Positions 1-12,200 of a DNA stretch of 53,915 bases are shown here, piece by piece (the stretch's first letter is position 1; each line of letters starts with the position of its first letter). This stretch comes from Acanthaster planci (taxonomy: Eukaryota), in contig NW_019091360.1 in assembly GCF_001949145.1 (NCBI RefSeq), forward strand, positions 382,502 to 436,416, read 5' to 3'. Both the position numbers and the translations under genes were made by a program. A model generated the notes under the pieces. The model was not told the origin of the DNA and made no database searches. It was given only the letters and a program-made list of their open reading frames with translations.

Positions 1-21
1 ATTAGTTTAACAAATACAAAT

Positions 22-150
22 AGCGGGGGGGGGGGCAGGAGGGTGCAGTTGGTTAGGGGAGGGGTGTAGTGGGTTGAAGGAAGGGGTGGAGTGGGTTAGG
101 GGAGGGGTGGAGTGGGATTGGGGAGGGGTAGAGTGGGGAGGGGTTGGGAA
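22..150 (+). repeat. G-rich low-complexity repeat (GGGGAGGGGTGGAGTGGG-like), G-quadruplex-prone
   Basis: Many runs of three or more G in a loosely periodic array. Confidence 0.75.
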
Positions 151-392
151 GGAGAAGTTCAGTATGAGGGAGGGACCTATGGCGGAGCGGGCGGATGCAG
201 GTCCAGGGGGTGTTGCCTCGGGACTGTGGGGGATGACTGTGACAGCACGCAGGTTCTGGTTGTGTTTCATGTATATGTATGAGCCCAGGAAAGGACAAGG
301 AGTCAATTATCCTCTCTCTGGCTCTGGATATTTATTCGCTGTCTGGGCCCGGGGGCCACCTGTAAAGATATGGCAGGCACTGCCTTGCAGGG

Positions 393-586
393 NNNNNNNN
401 NNNNNNNNNNNNNNNNNNNNNNNNNNNNNNNNNNNNNNNNNNNNNNNNNNNNNNNNNNNNNNNNNNNNNNNNNNNNNNNNNNNNNNNNNNNNNNNNNNNN
501 NNNNNNNNNNNNNNNNNNNNNNNNNNNNNNNNNNNNNNNNNNNNNNNNNNNNNNNNNNNNNNNNNNNNNNNNNNNNNNNNNNNNNN
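393..586. other. Assembly gap
   Basis: N run. Confidence 1.
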
Positions 587-2458
587 GGGGCCAAACAATC
601 TCTTTTTTCAAAAGATACTGTGGGGGGCACTTTTAATGCTAATGAGCTGGTCAGAAATTCTCACTTGAATTAGTGGTCTGCACCCTTTATGCCTAGCAAC
701 TGCATGGGCTGAGGGTTTTGAATGAGTAACATGTAGTTCGTGCAAATAGCAAATATTAACCAAATACAACCTGAGCGATACTATGACAATTACTTTATAA
801 AGAAATATCCCTGATCACAATAAACATAATGGTTCATGAAAATTTAACTCTACTGTTCCCTTTTTTCTAACTGAGAAATTAACTTAGCTGCCTGTACAAA
901 ACCAACAATACTTTTGTCGCCTTAATTAAAGTTAGTGTAGTCTTGTTCCAAGTCAAAGAGAGGAGAGTCTCCACTCAAGTCGCATTGACTAATTACGTAC
1001 AGTAGTGGGAAGAGTCAGAGAAAGGGATATGGAAGAAAACCACAACTAGTCATCCATTACAACTGTATGCACAGAAAAGACAACCCAAACTTACGACGGC
1101 CAGGATGAGCAAACAGCGAAAGACACAGTGACTCGAAAGCCTGCTCATCCAATCCAAAGCTAAATAAACAATAATCAATAATATACCTGAATACTACAAT
1201 GAGAAAATATACAAAATAAAAAAGCATAAGTGTAAAATGTACAACAAATTGTGAAAACAACAAAACAAAATTCATGTAGATAGTTTAATCTGCAAATAAA
1301 TCCATCTTAAGTGTAAGAAAATGGAAATATAAAATTAAATTTGTTCCGTCTTTGGGTCGGCTGTTTGTTTGTTCTTTGTTCTCACTTATTGAAGATCACC
1401 AAAGAGGCCTTGTTTTAATTATAACAAATAATTTTGCAAGTTACAAAATGGGCCGATCTATTATGGCGTAAAAACCATGCCCTCAGACACATGAGATCAT
1501 GGAGGTGGGGGAAAGATTAACCATGACATTTTGTCCAATGTAAAGGTTCATGCGGCAGAAATAAGGATTCAGTTATAAGTATTTATAGTTGCATTGGACA
1601 AAAGTAAGTGTTAAATTTAATAAAGACCTTGGAAAGGTGACTTCTTTGAATACTTATTTTCATTCCGCCCGCGCCAAGTTCCTCATCTAAAGAGGCTCTG
1701 AAGAGCCAAATCACTGAGCAAGAAAGCAAATCATAAACATGCCCCTTTACCAGCGCCCCTTTACCAGCTGGCCTTAAAATAATACAAGCTGCGGAGAACT
1801 GCCAAAGCCCCTTTAATGAGCCTGTTGTTTTTGAAACTGCAACCTTTAGACCAATGACGATGGAACGATTTTCAAAGTGAGGGGGGAGGCACATGAGACA
1901 ATCTGGCTTCAGCCGTTAATCATAGAGCAATCTATTAAGCCTACCCAATTGAAAGGCCTGCGAAAAGTGGGGGGGGGTCCCCCAGTTGAAACAGTGGGAC
2001 ACTGCACTCCCCCCACATGTGATGAGCCTTCCGCCTGATTTAAAGTCATCTCTGCCCATCACAATTTGAAACCCACTTTGTGAACATTAAATTTTGACTG
2101 CCCTACAGTTCACTCAAAGCGTTAATTTTTACATAGAAAGGTATCCAAAGGTCTACATGCACTCCTCCTGGCTCGCTTGCGGGCCTCAAACTTCACCATC
2201 CCAATAATTATGTTGGGTTGGCTTGAAAGTATCACATTGATTAAAATGTATAAAGAGGGTGTATAGAAACGAAATGGATATTATTGGCATTTGCAAGTAG
2301 GGCGTATAATTATTTGAATCAAAGGAGCGGCCTTTGTAAGGGTTGATGTGTCTTCTTTGAAATATCAACCAATTATGCACTGGGGGACCTGAGGGGCCAA
2401 TGCCACTGCCTCCCTACGAATTTCCAGTGCCTCCAGCCCCCCCCCCGCCAGAAAAAAA

Positions 2459-2793
2459 GGTTGCCCCCTTTTCCTTCCCCAACAAAAATGAGTTGAGACA
2501 GTGAAACACACCCGTAGGATGCTTTGCTTCGTATTTTCTTTTAGTTAGCCAGTTGCTTAATAGTAACAATCTTTATGTCAGGGGTTACAGAGCGAGGTAA
2601 AACAATGTTTACAATCACATAATAAGGGTTGCCCCCTTTTCCTTCCCCAACAAAAATGAGTTGAGACAGTGAAACACACCCGTAGGATGCTTTGCTTCGT
2701 ATTTTCTTTTAGTTAGCCAGTTGCTTAATAGTAACAATCTTTATGTCAGGGGTTACAGAGCGAGGTAAAACAATGTTTACAATCACATAATAA
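2459..2793. repeat. Exact tandem duplication, period 168 bp, inside a hAT-like MITE relic ending ~2886
   Basis: 2459-2625 equals 2627-2793. A downstream terminus cccccccc-aaaaaaaaaa-tcctagctacgctgctg follows. Confidence 0.92.
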
Positions 2794-3370
2794 TTTACTC
2801 ACTAAACTACATAAAGCCCTCCCAAGAGATGCTGATGCCCGGCCCGTTCACCCCCCCCCAAAAAAAAAATCCTAGCTACGCTGCTGTAATTTCTGTCACT
2901 TCGTTCACAGCTGACTGAACAGTGACCAAATTTAATTTATTTATTTTTAAATTTTTTTAACAGCGTCTATTTGGGGAATTGTACCACTTCGTTTGGCAGC
3001 CTACGGTGGTCTTGACTACTTTCTGAAATTTGCAAGTAAATGAGGGGAACCTTACAGTTTCTTGAGAATGCATGCTGCTTACAAAAGAACATTCGAATAT
3101 AATGTTGTGTCGAAGTGCTGCAGACAGGGAGACTTTAGCAAGACGTCCCCCTCCAGCTAAGGCAACAAATTGGTTCAATGTTTGCAAGTACCAGCATGAA
3201 AGAACCAGCCAAAACTTGTTTTTCATTGATTTATATAATTCGATTTGAAAGGCCCTTTAATGGTTGATTGCATTTTGGATGAGAGTTAACTAGGGTGCCC
3301 ACTGCCTGTTAAACGAGGGTGTTGAATGCCTAAAGGGAAGTACAGGGGTGAATTATGACAGAGGAGGGGT

Positions 3371-3649
3371 GGGTGGGTTAGCGTAGCGGTTCTTTCCTTG
3401 CTTTGCACCAATGAGGCCCGGGTTCGAGTCCTGGCTTGGCCCCAGGTTTTTTAGTGCATTTGGTTTCCAGTCCATACTCGCTCTCACAGGTTTTCTCCGG
3501 GTACTCCAGTTTCCTCCTGCCTCTAAAACTGGACCTTCTTCCTAACTCCGTAATGTGATGCTGATAAATAAAGTGTATGAATAAACGTACAGTTATTGGA
3601 GCAAATAGCCTGAGTTGCTGCAAGCGCCATTAAAACACAACAATAAACA

Positions 3650-3680
<31 letters not shown>

Positions 3681-3687
3681 CAACAAC
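3371..3687 (+). mobile_element. tRNA-derived SINE with V-SINE-like core and (CAG)n(CAA)n tail
   Basis: A box TAGCGTAGCGG (3379), B box GGTTCGAGTCC (3421), core GGTTTTCTCCGGGTACTCCAGTTTCCTCC, simple-repeat tail at 3648-3687. Confidence 0.85.
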
Positions 3688-4100
3688 GAATTATGACAGC
3701 ATTCAGAGATAGTGTGGGATTTGATTAAACTCAGTCTAGGAGGCCTGGTACCTGTTAGCCCCACTAGTGTGGCACGGACTCTCACTCCCGATCTATCCTT
3801 AGCCACACCTCCGTATGCGCAATTTCGTGTCGGCGTACTCAACATTTTCGGTGCACCCACTTATCATCGTGGGCGCAATTTCTTTTGCACACGAACATGA
3901 TCCTTGACCTTTCCGTTTTCTAAAAACCATTTATTGAATGATTTCACTCACGTTATTCAAGTATTTTCCAGTCTTTTTACTCTGTTTTCCTTCCTCCATG
4001 GCTGGAGTTACTTCTTAAACAATTGCCTGTTCATGGAATGAAACATGTATACTCGCTTTTGCCCTTTGACATTCGAGTGTGTGTTTGTTATACGGAAAAA

Positions 4101-4530
4101 GGAAAGACGTCTAGGATATTCTGTCTTGGAAAGATGTCTTTCCATGTTAAGTTATCACAGAAAGGCGACTTTCAACTTGAGATTAACATCTCTGAAAGAC
4201 GTCATGTCAGGATAGGAAATCACGGAAAAACGCCTTTCTTTGACATCATATCTAGGAAAGACGTCTTTCCATGATATCATATCTTAGGATGACGTCTTTC
4301 CCGTTATATTGTATCTCGGAAAGACGCATTTCCGTGATATTTTATCTTGGAAAGTTGTCTTCCTGTGATATTTTATTTTGGAAAGCCGTTTTTCCATGAT
4401 GTTATATCTTGGCAAGCCGTCTTTCCGTGATATTATATCTTGATAAGACGTCTTTCCATATCACACTATCAGAGAAACACGTCCGAAATTTCAGGGTATT
4501 CCGTCTTTCCACGATAATTATCTCGGAAAC
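4101..4530. repeat. ~31-bp minisatellite (~13-14 units) with palindromic core GGAAAGACGTCTTTCC
   Basis: Consensus GGAAAGACGTCTTTCC-RTGATATTATATCTY read directly from the sequence; units are degenerate. Confidence 0.9.
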
Positions 4531-4551
4531 GCGGTATTGTGGATGGCCACT

Positions 4552-4741
4552 TTAAACTTCCGTAGTAGGCCTTGCCGCAAAGTGAAAAAATTTCTGCCTC
4601 CCTTTACTCCATGGAGTTTGTTATTGACGTAAACCCGAATCGCGGTGCTGCCTCTGCAGGTCTCTTAAACCGGTCTAAACACTAACGTTACGTATGTCGT
4701 CTGTTGATTTGTGGGATTTGGAACAATTTTGAGGAACACAG
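4552..4741 (+). promoter_or_regulatory. Candidate promoter and non-coding first exon of the caspase gene
   Basis: Locally CpG-rich stretch with ETS-like ACTTCCG (~4556), IRF-like AAAGTGAAA (4579) and CRE-like TGACGTAA (~4625), plus a possible donor CAG|gtgaca at 4741/4742. Coding exon 1 has an acceptor 6 nt before its ATG, so an upstream exon is expected. Motif inference only. Confidence 0.35.
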
Positions 4742-5926
4742 GTGACATATTCCCAAATGTATTTGTTAAAAAACTTTCAATTTGTTCAGTTAAATATTGA
4801 TGCTGGGCCTGTTACCTTTACAATACATGATGGTTGAACTGACGCAGTGTTACTGTCACTAGTGACAATGTAGGCCTCGATCATGCATGTCATGATTGCA
4901 ACGTTAACGGTGGTTTCCGGAAACCCTGTGCACAAACATGACAATCCTGTCATCAATGCCTGTGCTGTAGACTTGTCTGAGAAAACCTGTTTTCTAAGTA
5001 AATGCTTCATAATTTTTTTAGCTAAATTTCACTGTTTGTAACATGTTATCACTTTTTTTGGAAAGAATGTTGCATCCTGATTCCACTTCAGCCAGTCAGC
5101 AGTTGTGTTCAAAGTCTATGGGGAGTGAAGAGAAATTTTAAAGTATTTCCCAACAACATTGGTAAATGTTTACAGTAAGATAAACACTTCTCTATATACA
5201 TGTACATGCATGTAAATGTACAAAATACATGGACGAATAGCCCTGGAAAACTTTGTATTTAGCGTAAATTAATATACTGCACCAGGTACCGATCACTTTG
5301 TGTAAACATTTTAGAAAAATAGTGCAGAATTCCAGGCTATTGGGATGTAGCCTTTTTTTTTAACCAACAGTTTGGCAAACTGTCAGATCTCTTAATATAC
5401 ACATGACATGCCTACATGTATATGTATACTTCACACACTTCCACTTTATAGACATACCGCAGTCCCTGAGAATGTTTGCAGGCTGTCAAAATAGCGTTGG
5501 TCTGGAGACTAAGACTTGCTAATTCATATCTGAGAGCATGATAATACATGTAGTCCACACCCAACACGAAGTATGTCTGGTATCACATCAGAACAGCAAT
5601 ATGTGCACATGAGCATAGCCATACACTGACTACCATGTGTGCTTAGTACTCCAATGACCTTGCCTTTGAAATAAAAAACTAGCGCATAGTATGGGCAAAT
5701 TTTTCCTTTTTTTTTAAGTGTTTGTACATGATTGATTGGCGTAGAAATTGTTTTTGATGGCATTATTAGCAGGAAACAAATTCATATACATGTATTGAAC
5801 TAACCATCAGTTTGGCTTCCTACCCATTGTTTGATGGTTGCAGTATTGAATCATGATTGAATCAAGAATCAATTTTACGTGGATTTCATCTTTCCATGAA
5901 ATTTGCTAATTTTTTTACAGATAAGG

Positions 5927-6267
5927 ATGACTTTCTGGGAGGATGATTCGGTACCTGCTGAACCCATGGCTTTCCTCCACCTGCTCAAAAACTTGGATGA
6001 TGGGTTAGGGTCTGAAGATTGTCACAAGCTCAGCTTCATAATAACAGATCTTGGCATTCCAAAGGCCAAACTGGAATTAGTAAAACAAGCTACTGACATT
6101 TTTGATGAGCTTGAAAAGCGAGCATTGATTGCAGCCGATGATGTCCATCTTTTGTGGGAACTGATGGACTTGATCCATCGGAAGGACCTTCTAAAAATTA
6201 TTGATTCTTATTGCAAAAGGCACTTTGTCAAGCAGTTGCACAGAGACCACACCATCAGCAAGTACAG
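5927..6267 (+). CDS. CASP8: Caspase-8-like coding exon 1: death effector domain 1 (exon starts 5921, ATG 5927)
   Basis: Acceptor ttttttacag|5921, donor AG|gtgagg at 6267/6268 (phase 2). Translation FLHLLKNLDDGLGSEDCHKLSFII...DIFDELEKRALI...LLWELMDLIHRKDLL is a DED with the RxDL motif and ends ISKYR. Confidence 0.9.
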
Positions 6268-9200
6268 GTGAGGATTCAAGCCAGTAGCAAAGTGTGGACA
6301 TCAGTTGTTCACTTCTGTTTCATGTCTTTCTTTTATTTTTTTTTATTTAGAGACTTTCAACATTTATGGAGTGCATAGGTTTATAGTCATAAATTTCTGC
6401 TTACAGTCCAGTAGTTGGTGCACATGCAATGTACAGTTGACTCCTGTTAATACAAGGGCCTTGGAACTTAAGTACATGTATCTTGTATTATGCAAAACCT
6501 TGTCTTAAGTGAAAGATATTTTTCCACTTGTGTTTGTCGATCGTACTATCGTTGAAGGGTAATGAATTTGCTTTCAAAACAGTTCAAAAATGTTCTTTAT
6601 GAAAGTGGAATGTACGAGGAGGTCGAGTAAGGAATTGTTAAACATGTATTACAATCTAGAAGAATGAAACGAAAAATTTATAAAATGCAACAACATGGCA
6701 AGTGGACTCATCACCAATCATTGTCGGAGCAATGTAACCTGCACTGCTTGGTCGTTGTTGCAACAGAACCTGCGCATAAGTGCATTAACAATTTAGTCGG
6801 TGACTGACTACAAAGAGGCAATTTTATACGTGTACAAAGTGAAGGAAACAAGTGATTTTTGGGGGTGGACAATAGAGGGCGTAGGTTAGGGCCTGGGTAA
6901 TATGTGACCCACTCTGTGAAAATGAGTCTTAAGTCGCCAGAGCCACTTTTGAGTAAAAAGTCCTTCAGAATAATTGTGCACAGTGTAAATCAATAGGAAA
7001 CCACAGCATTTTTCACCATGGAGTATCCACTTTCATAAGGATACCAAACTGAGTGATACATCAAAACAAAAACTCAATTTGCTCTTTCCAATACAATTGA
7101 AAACCAAAAAAGTGGCTCTGGTGACTTAAGACTCATTTTCACAGAGTGGGTCTCATATCTGTAGCGGGAAGTGATTTTTTTTTTAATTTTTGGGATTTAG
7201 AATTCCTAAAGTTGAATTCCTAAAGGAAATTTTAAACAGAAGAATGGGTTCGTTGATTGACGAGTTTTCAAAGTGCTTGTGTTAAGTAGATAATACATCT
7301 GCACTTGACCGGACTGGAAAAAGCACTCGTCTCAACCCAAATCTGGTATCACCCAGGCTTGTATTGAAGATTTTTTTCTTATAGGAACATGTACACACTT
7401 TGGTCGGTACTGGCAAAATATACTCGTCTTAACCAGAATCTTTTCTTACCTGAGCTCGTATTACCAACAGTCAACTGTACATCCTCTTGTGGGGAACAGA
7501 AAGCTAAGGGAGGAGAAGCTTCTCTGGTGGAGGGCTTGCCTAGTTCTTTTCAGGGTTTCTGATAACAATTGATCTTCATCTACACATATAGCTCTCAGCT
7601 TTCTTCTGCAGCTCAAAATACGGTTGCCTGTGCACCAGCCTCACCCTGGTTAACCATCTCAGCGGGTGGGCAGGGAAGCTGATGGGATTTAAACCCTTCT
7701 TACGTTACATGTACATGGGCTTGTCTGTCCCAGTGTACACATATTGGAAAACTGGGTAGATGAGAGCAAGAGAGTGGTAATTAAGGCAGTTCTGGCAAGT
7801 GTTATGGAGAGTAAAGAGCATGGCAAGACATGAAAGACATGTTGACATCGCTGATGTTGCACAAATTTCCCTTACTTAAATCCAACTCGACTGCAAGTCA
7901 TCTCCTTTGCATATGCAAAGTAGTAGAGTAGTATTCTTGGGTTTTCCTTTCATGTCTATAACTGTAACTGATTCTAATTGACTTTTGGTGCCATGGTCAA
8001 CAGAAACAAAACTGGGGGCTGAGAACATGTATGAAACACCTGTTCTGACAGATACAGTTGTAACATCTTTAAATTGTACATTTGATGCTATTTGTTGTGA
8101 ATTTTGGTATGATAGTTATATTTTATGTGGTGTTAAGAGCTATTGGTACATTCTCGAGAGTTCATGTGTGTAGCACAGATGCACACATACATTCTTTGGT
8201 GTTATGTGAGTGTGACAGCGAATTTATCTTCAAGTGCACTTAATGTGCAGTAAAGATCAAACATACTTGACACTGTAAACCCCCCTCACACACACCCCCC
8301 ACAGAGAAAAAGGGTGTGAGATGGACTCTGAAATACAGTAAAATATCACACTGTTCATTGTTGTGGATGGAACATCGAGAATTGAGGATTTACAAAATGT
8401 AACTGTGCTTGAAGGTAAATACTGGTACTTAAAGATACTTGGTACATATACAGATGTAAGATATTATCATGAAACTCTGTGATTCGCTGGGGTGAGGATA
8501 GTTAAATACATGCTTACAAGTGAAATGACTCGCATCACTTCAGTCTCTTAAATTCCAAGTTTACTGATATACCACCTACATGAGTTAATGACTTGTAAAT
8601 TACCATGTAATATTCAAATGCTGCATTTACAATTAAAATGATGCAGTGTTTATTTTTTTTCAGGCTGTTACTTCTTGAGGTAGCAGATAGCACATCTACT
8701 GCAGAGCTGGAATGCTTTAAGCAAGGATGCAAAGATCTCCTGGGAAGGCAGGCAGTCAGCAAAATTAAGAATGTCTATCAGTTGTTCTCACTTCTAGAGG
8801 AGCGTGAGACTCTATCACCTTCCCGTTTGGCATTTCTGTTTCAGCTTTTAAGTCTGGCTGGAAACCATAAGATGATGCACAAAATTCAACACTTTGGTGA
8901 GTTTACACACACGCTCATTTTGTGAGTGTTGATAAAGTTCAAGCGCAGCATAAAGTATGCAGTGCAGCGACCATACTTTTTTTAGCTGCTTTGGTAAACT
9001 GCTGAAACAGCTATTACTTTCCTTACGTTTTTTCTTTCTTTTTTTAGCTGTTTCCTCTCAGACGTGAGGTCAAAATACAAACGCTTTTGAAAGCGTTCAA
9101 TGCTTTGTAAATGCTAAGCCCCACCGACAGTCAACATCGAACAGACGAACGCTTTAGTGAGGCTAACCAAACCGTTTGCGGTCGAGTACACCGTTCACTC

Positions 9201-12200
9201 TGCAGCTTGTAGTAAACAATGGACAACTTATCGCATTACCGCATCATGGGCTGCTGCGGTCTGGTGGGTGAGGCATGACAAGAGCTCTCTGCAGCTCCAC
9301 AGGAGGATTTAGATCGGCAGACTTTAAACTTTGCGGCTGCACCTGCATGATTTTAAGGATACATGCTTTTTCTTCAAGTCAATCATGCATGCACGTTGCG
9401 TTTTGTTTTGTAAGGTTCTTTTGTCCTCTTTTTATACTTTGTGGCTGCACAAAATGCATGTTGGAAAACGAACATGTCAGGTTTTATACTAATTTTTGGT
9501 GTTCGACTTTACCTATTAAACTTAATTCACAGTAAACAAAAAACATGGACATAATTTAATCTGGTGCTGCAGGCGAACCGCGGAACTGAACCAGAAATCA
9601 TCAAACAAGGCACTTTTGAACCGAACCAAACCAAACTGCTCAGTTCGGATGTTCGGCTTTAATATGGCTTTTCATTGAGGCACGTGGGAATACATAAAAG
9701 AAAACTTAATAAAAACAAACAATGAAAAATGGGTCGTATGGTGTGCTCCACATGTGTGTGAACATACAACTTACAATGGGCCGGTATCATGAGATGTTTG
9801 TAAAAAGCACTGTGTGAGAATCACTCAAAAATCAACCAAGAATATGCAATGTACAGCATTGTCGCTGCATAACCATTCTAAATTCTCACTACATCCAATT
9901 TTGCTCATGTATATTCAGATTTAGTATTGTTATATTTGCCAATCTCCGATAGCTGTGCCCTCATGTTCCATTTTAGGCTAATGGCATTCCATATTAGGCC
10001 AATGATGTCATAAATGGCCATTCGAAATGAATTTTGATTGGATGCTGATCACAGTCGGATTCGTGCTAGATCGAAGGCATCTCCGGAGGGAAATTTTGCC
10101 AAGTTGTTCTGTGCATGCAGCGCTTCGGCGCAGCACACATGAGGAGTTTTGTTCGCTTGGTGGCCTAACTTGCCTTTCATTTGATCATGAAGGGTTTGAT
10201 CGTAGTGGGAATATGTTGTAATGGAATTTCGCCAGATCCCAAATAACAAAATGCTGTTATCCCTCCGAAAGAGGCTGGTGGAAAATCCCTCCTTTGGTCA
10301 CATGGGTGCCATCCTTCGAAGGTTCCTCCTCATGCAGATATGCAATGAAAGCGATATTTTCATAGTTGAGTCTATTTCGCAAAAATAACCAAAACACAAT
10401 TTTCTCAAAATCTAATTTGATCTTTATTGTATTCTTTACTGAAGGAGGAAAGTCCTAATTGAGCATGCTGTGTTTTTTGTATTTGCACATATCTTACGAT
10501 CGTTTTGTTGAGTCAAGCGTGGTCCGAACACAATTGCTTCTGGCTGGCAAAATACGGTCAGAAACTGCCACATCTCCGGCAGTAACTTTATATGGAATTA
10601 ACTTGTAAACAAACTCTGGGAAAGCAGTTTTGAACAATATATTCAAATCGAAGTTGCTCGTGCATGGGGATAGATAGGAGATTCTTTACATATTTTATAC
10701 ACAGAAATACTATATAGGCCTGTGCGGCACATTCGGAGTGAGCGCTTCGATGTCTTAGTGTGTTGTACATGTACATATGCATATGTCTGAATTCCAACCG
10801 AACCAAAGTTCTGCAAAAGATTTCCAAACCGTGTCAGAACCGAACTTCGACACCTACTTGCAGCTTTATTTGATACAGAGTTTGACTTTTTTATTACCTT
10901 CAAAGAATATTGGTACACCTGACTGAAGTTCAACATGAATTTATATTGTGTCCATGTGGATACTTCTCTTCAGAGACGATAGATCAGGCATTAAAATAGA
11001 TGACCGTGTTTAGCAATTCCTGTCACTCCCAGATAAACTTCTTTATTTCCCACGCTAAAAAACGCTTAATTAAAGATGAACATAAGTCTTGTGGCGATGT
11101 CTTTTTGTCATGAATTACCCACTCAAAACATTTCTGTGGCTAGAACAATGTCAGTAGCCTAGAATGCAGTTGATTTTGCATCTCTGTCACCAGGTGTTAA
11201 CCACTAATCCTTACGGCCAGCCAAGGAGGGCTGACTCATATGCAGTAAGGTATGAGACGGAGAGAACCCACCTGCTTTGTGTTGGTTATTGTCTCGCAGG
11301 AATCTGGGGAATTCCTTTCAGACATCTTGGGGGGATGTGTTAAGTAACAATAGTCTGGAATGTGTATAGGGATTGGACATGTTGGGGGGGGGCACCCCTC
11401 GGTCTCATTTCTTGCTGGGCACGGTATAGGCTGACAGGGGCCCACTGGAGTTCTCCTAGAATAGGATCTTTTGTTCACAACTAGGGCTGTGTGAGCCACA
11501 AACTCCATTGTTGTCAAGGTTTCCCATCCAGCTAGACAGTCCAGGGCAGACGGTTCTTTTCAAACCGTTGAGCTGTCCCCAAAGCAAGCGACGAACGGAA
11601 CGAAGGGGGATTAACACCAAACGTTAAACTGTTTCTAAACCGTCTGTATTTTGACCTTACGCCTAATTACCGTCCTTATCATTTTTCTTCTTTTTTGGGG
11701 TTACTTTTTCGCAATTTGCAAAAAAGGCTTTCTTTTTCTTATGAATTGTTTTCTACCTGTTTTGTTCGTCTTACCTAAATCATATTGGTGAGTCAGGTAA
11801 GTGTAGTGGTTCTTTCCTCGCCTTCCACCTCTGCAGTCCGGGTTAGAATTCTGTCCCGGTCCACATGTGGATTGGGTTTTCAGTCGAATATTCTCAATTT
11901 CCAGGTAAAACAAAACCTTTCATAAATTTAACAATCAATACCCAAAGCGTGTCACTATATCACTTGTAAATTAACAAAGTGAAACCAGTACGTCATTCAA
12001 CAAATGGCACATTTTAAGACGTGCGACAATGCAAACAGGTGCACAAATATCGAGAATTGAGTACTGCATATTTTCTATGGAAATCATCAACTCAGTGAAA
12101 TTATCAAAATTATTAGGAACTTAATACAATAATAAATGAAGGTTTATGGGAGATTAAGATGCTTTGTCACAGTTGCGGCAGATTCCATCAACACTCGTCG

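Noticed and set aside
7..673. Several ORFs at the window start
   Set aside because: They arise from G-rich low-complexity sequence and N runs. The same applies to X-filled ORFs at 20399-21205, 37386-37673 and 47846-48260.
3371..3445. tRNA gene
   Set aside because: A and B boxes are present but there is no clean cloverleaf, and the sequence runs into a SINE core and simple-repeat tail.
3630..3860. ORF with poly-Leu transmembrane-like tail
   Set aside because: It is the reverse translation of the (CAG)n(CAA)n SINE tail.
4101..4530. CRISPR-like array of palindromic repeats
   Set aside because: The inter-palindrome segments are ~15 bp and similar to one another rather than unique spacers; there are no cas genes and the context is eukaryotic.
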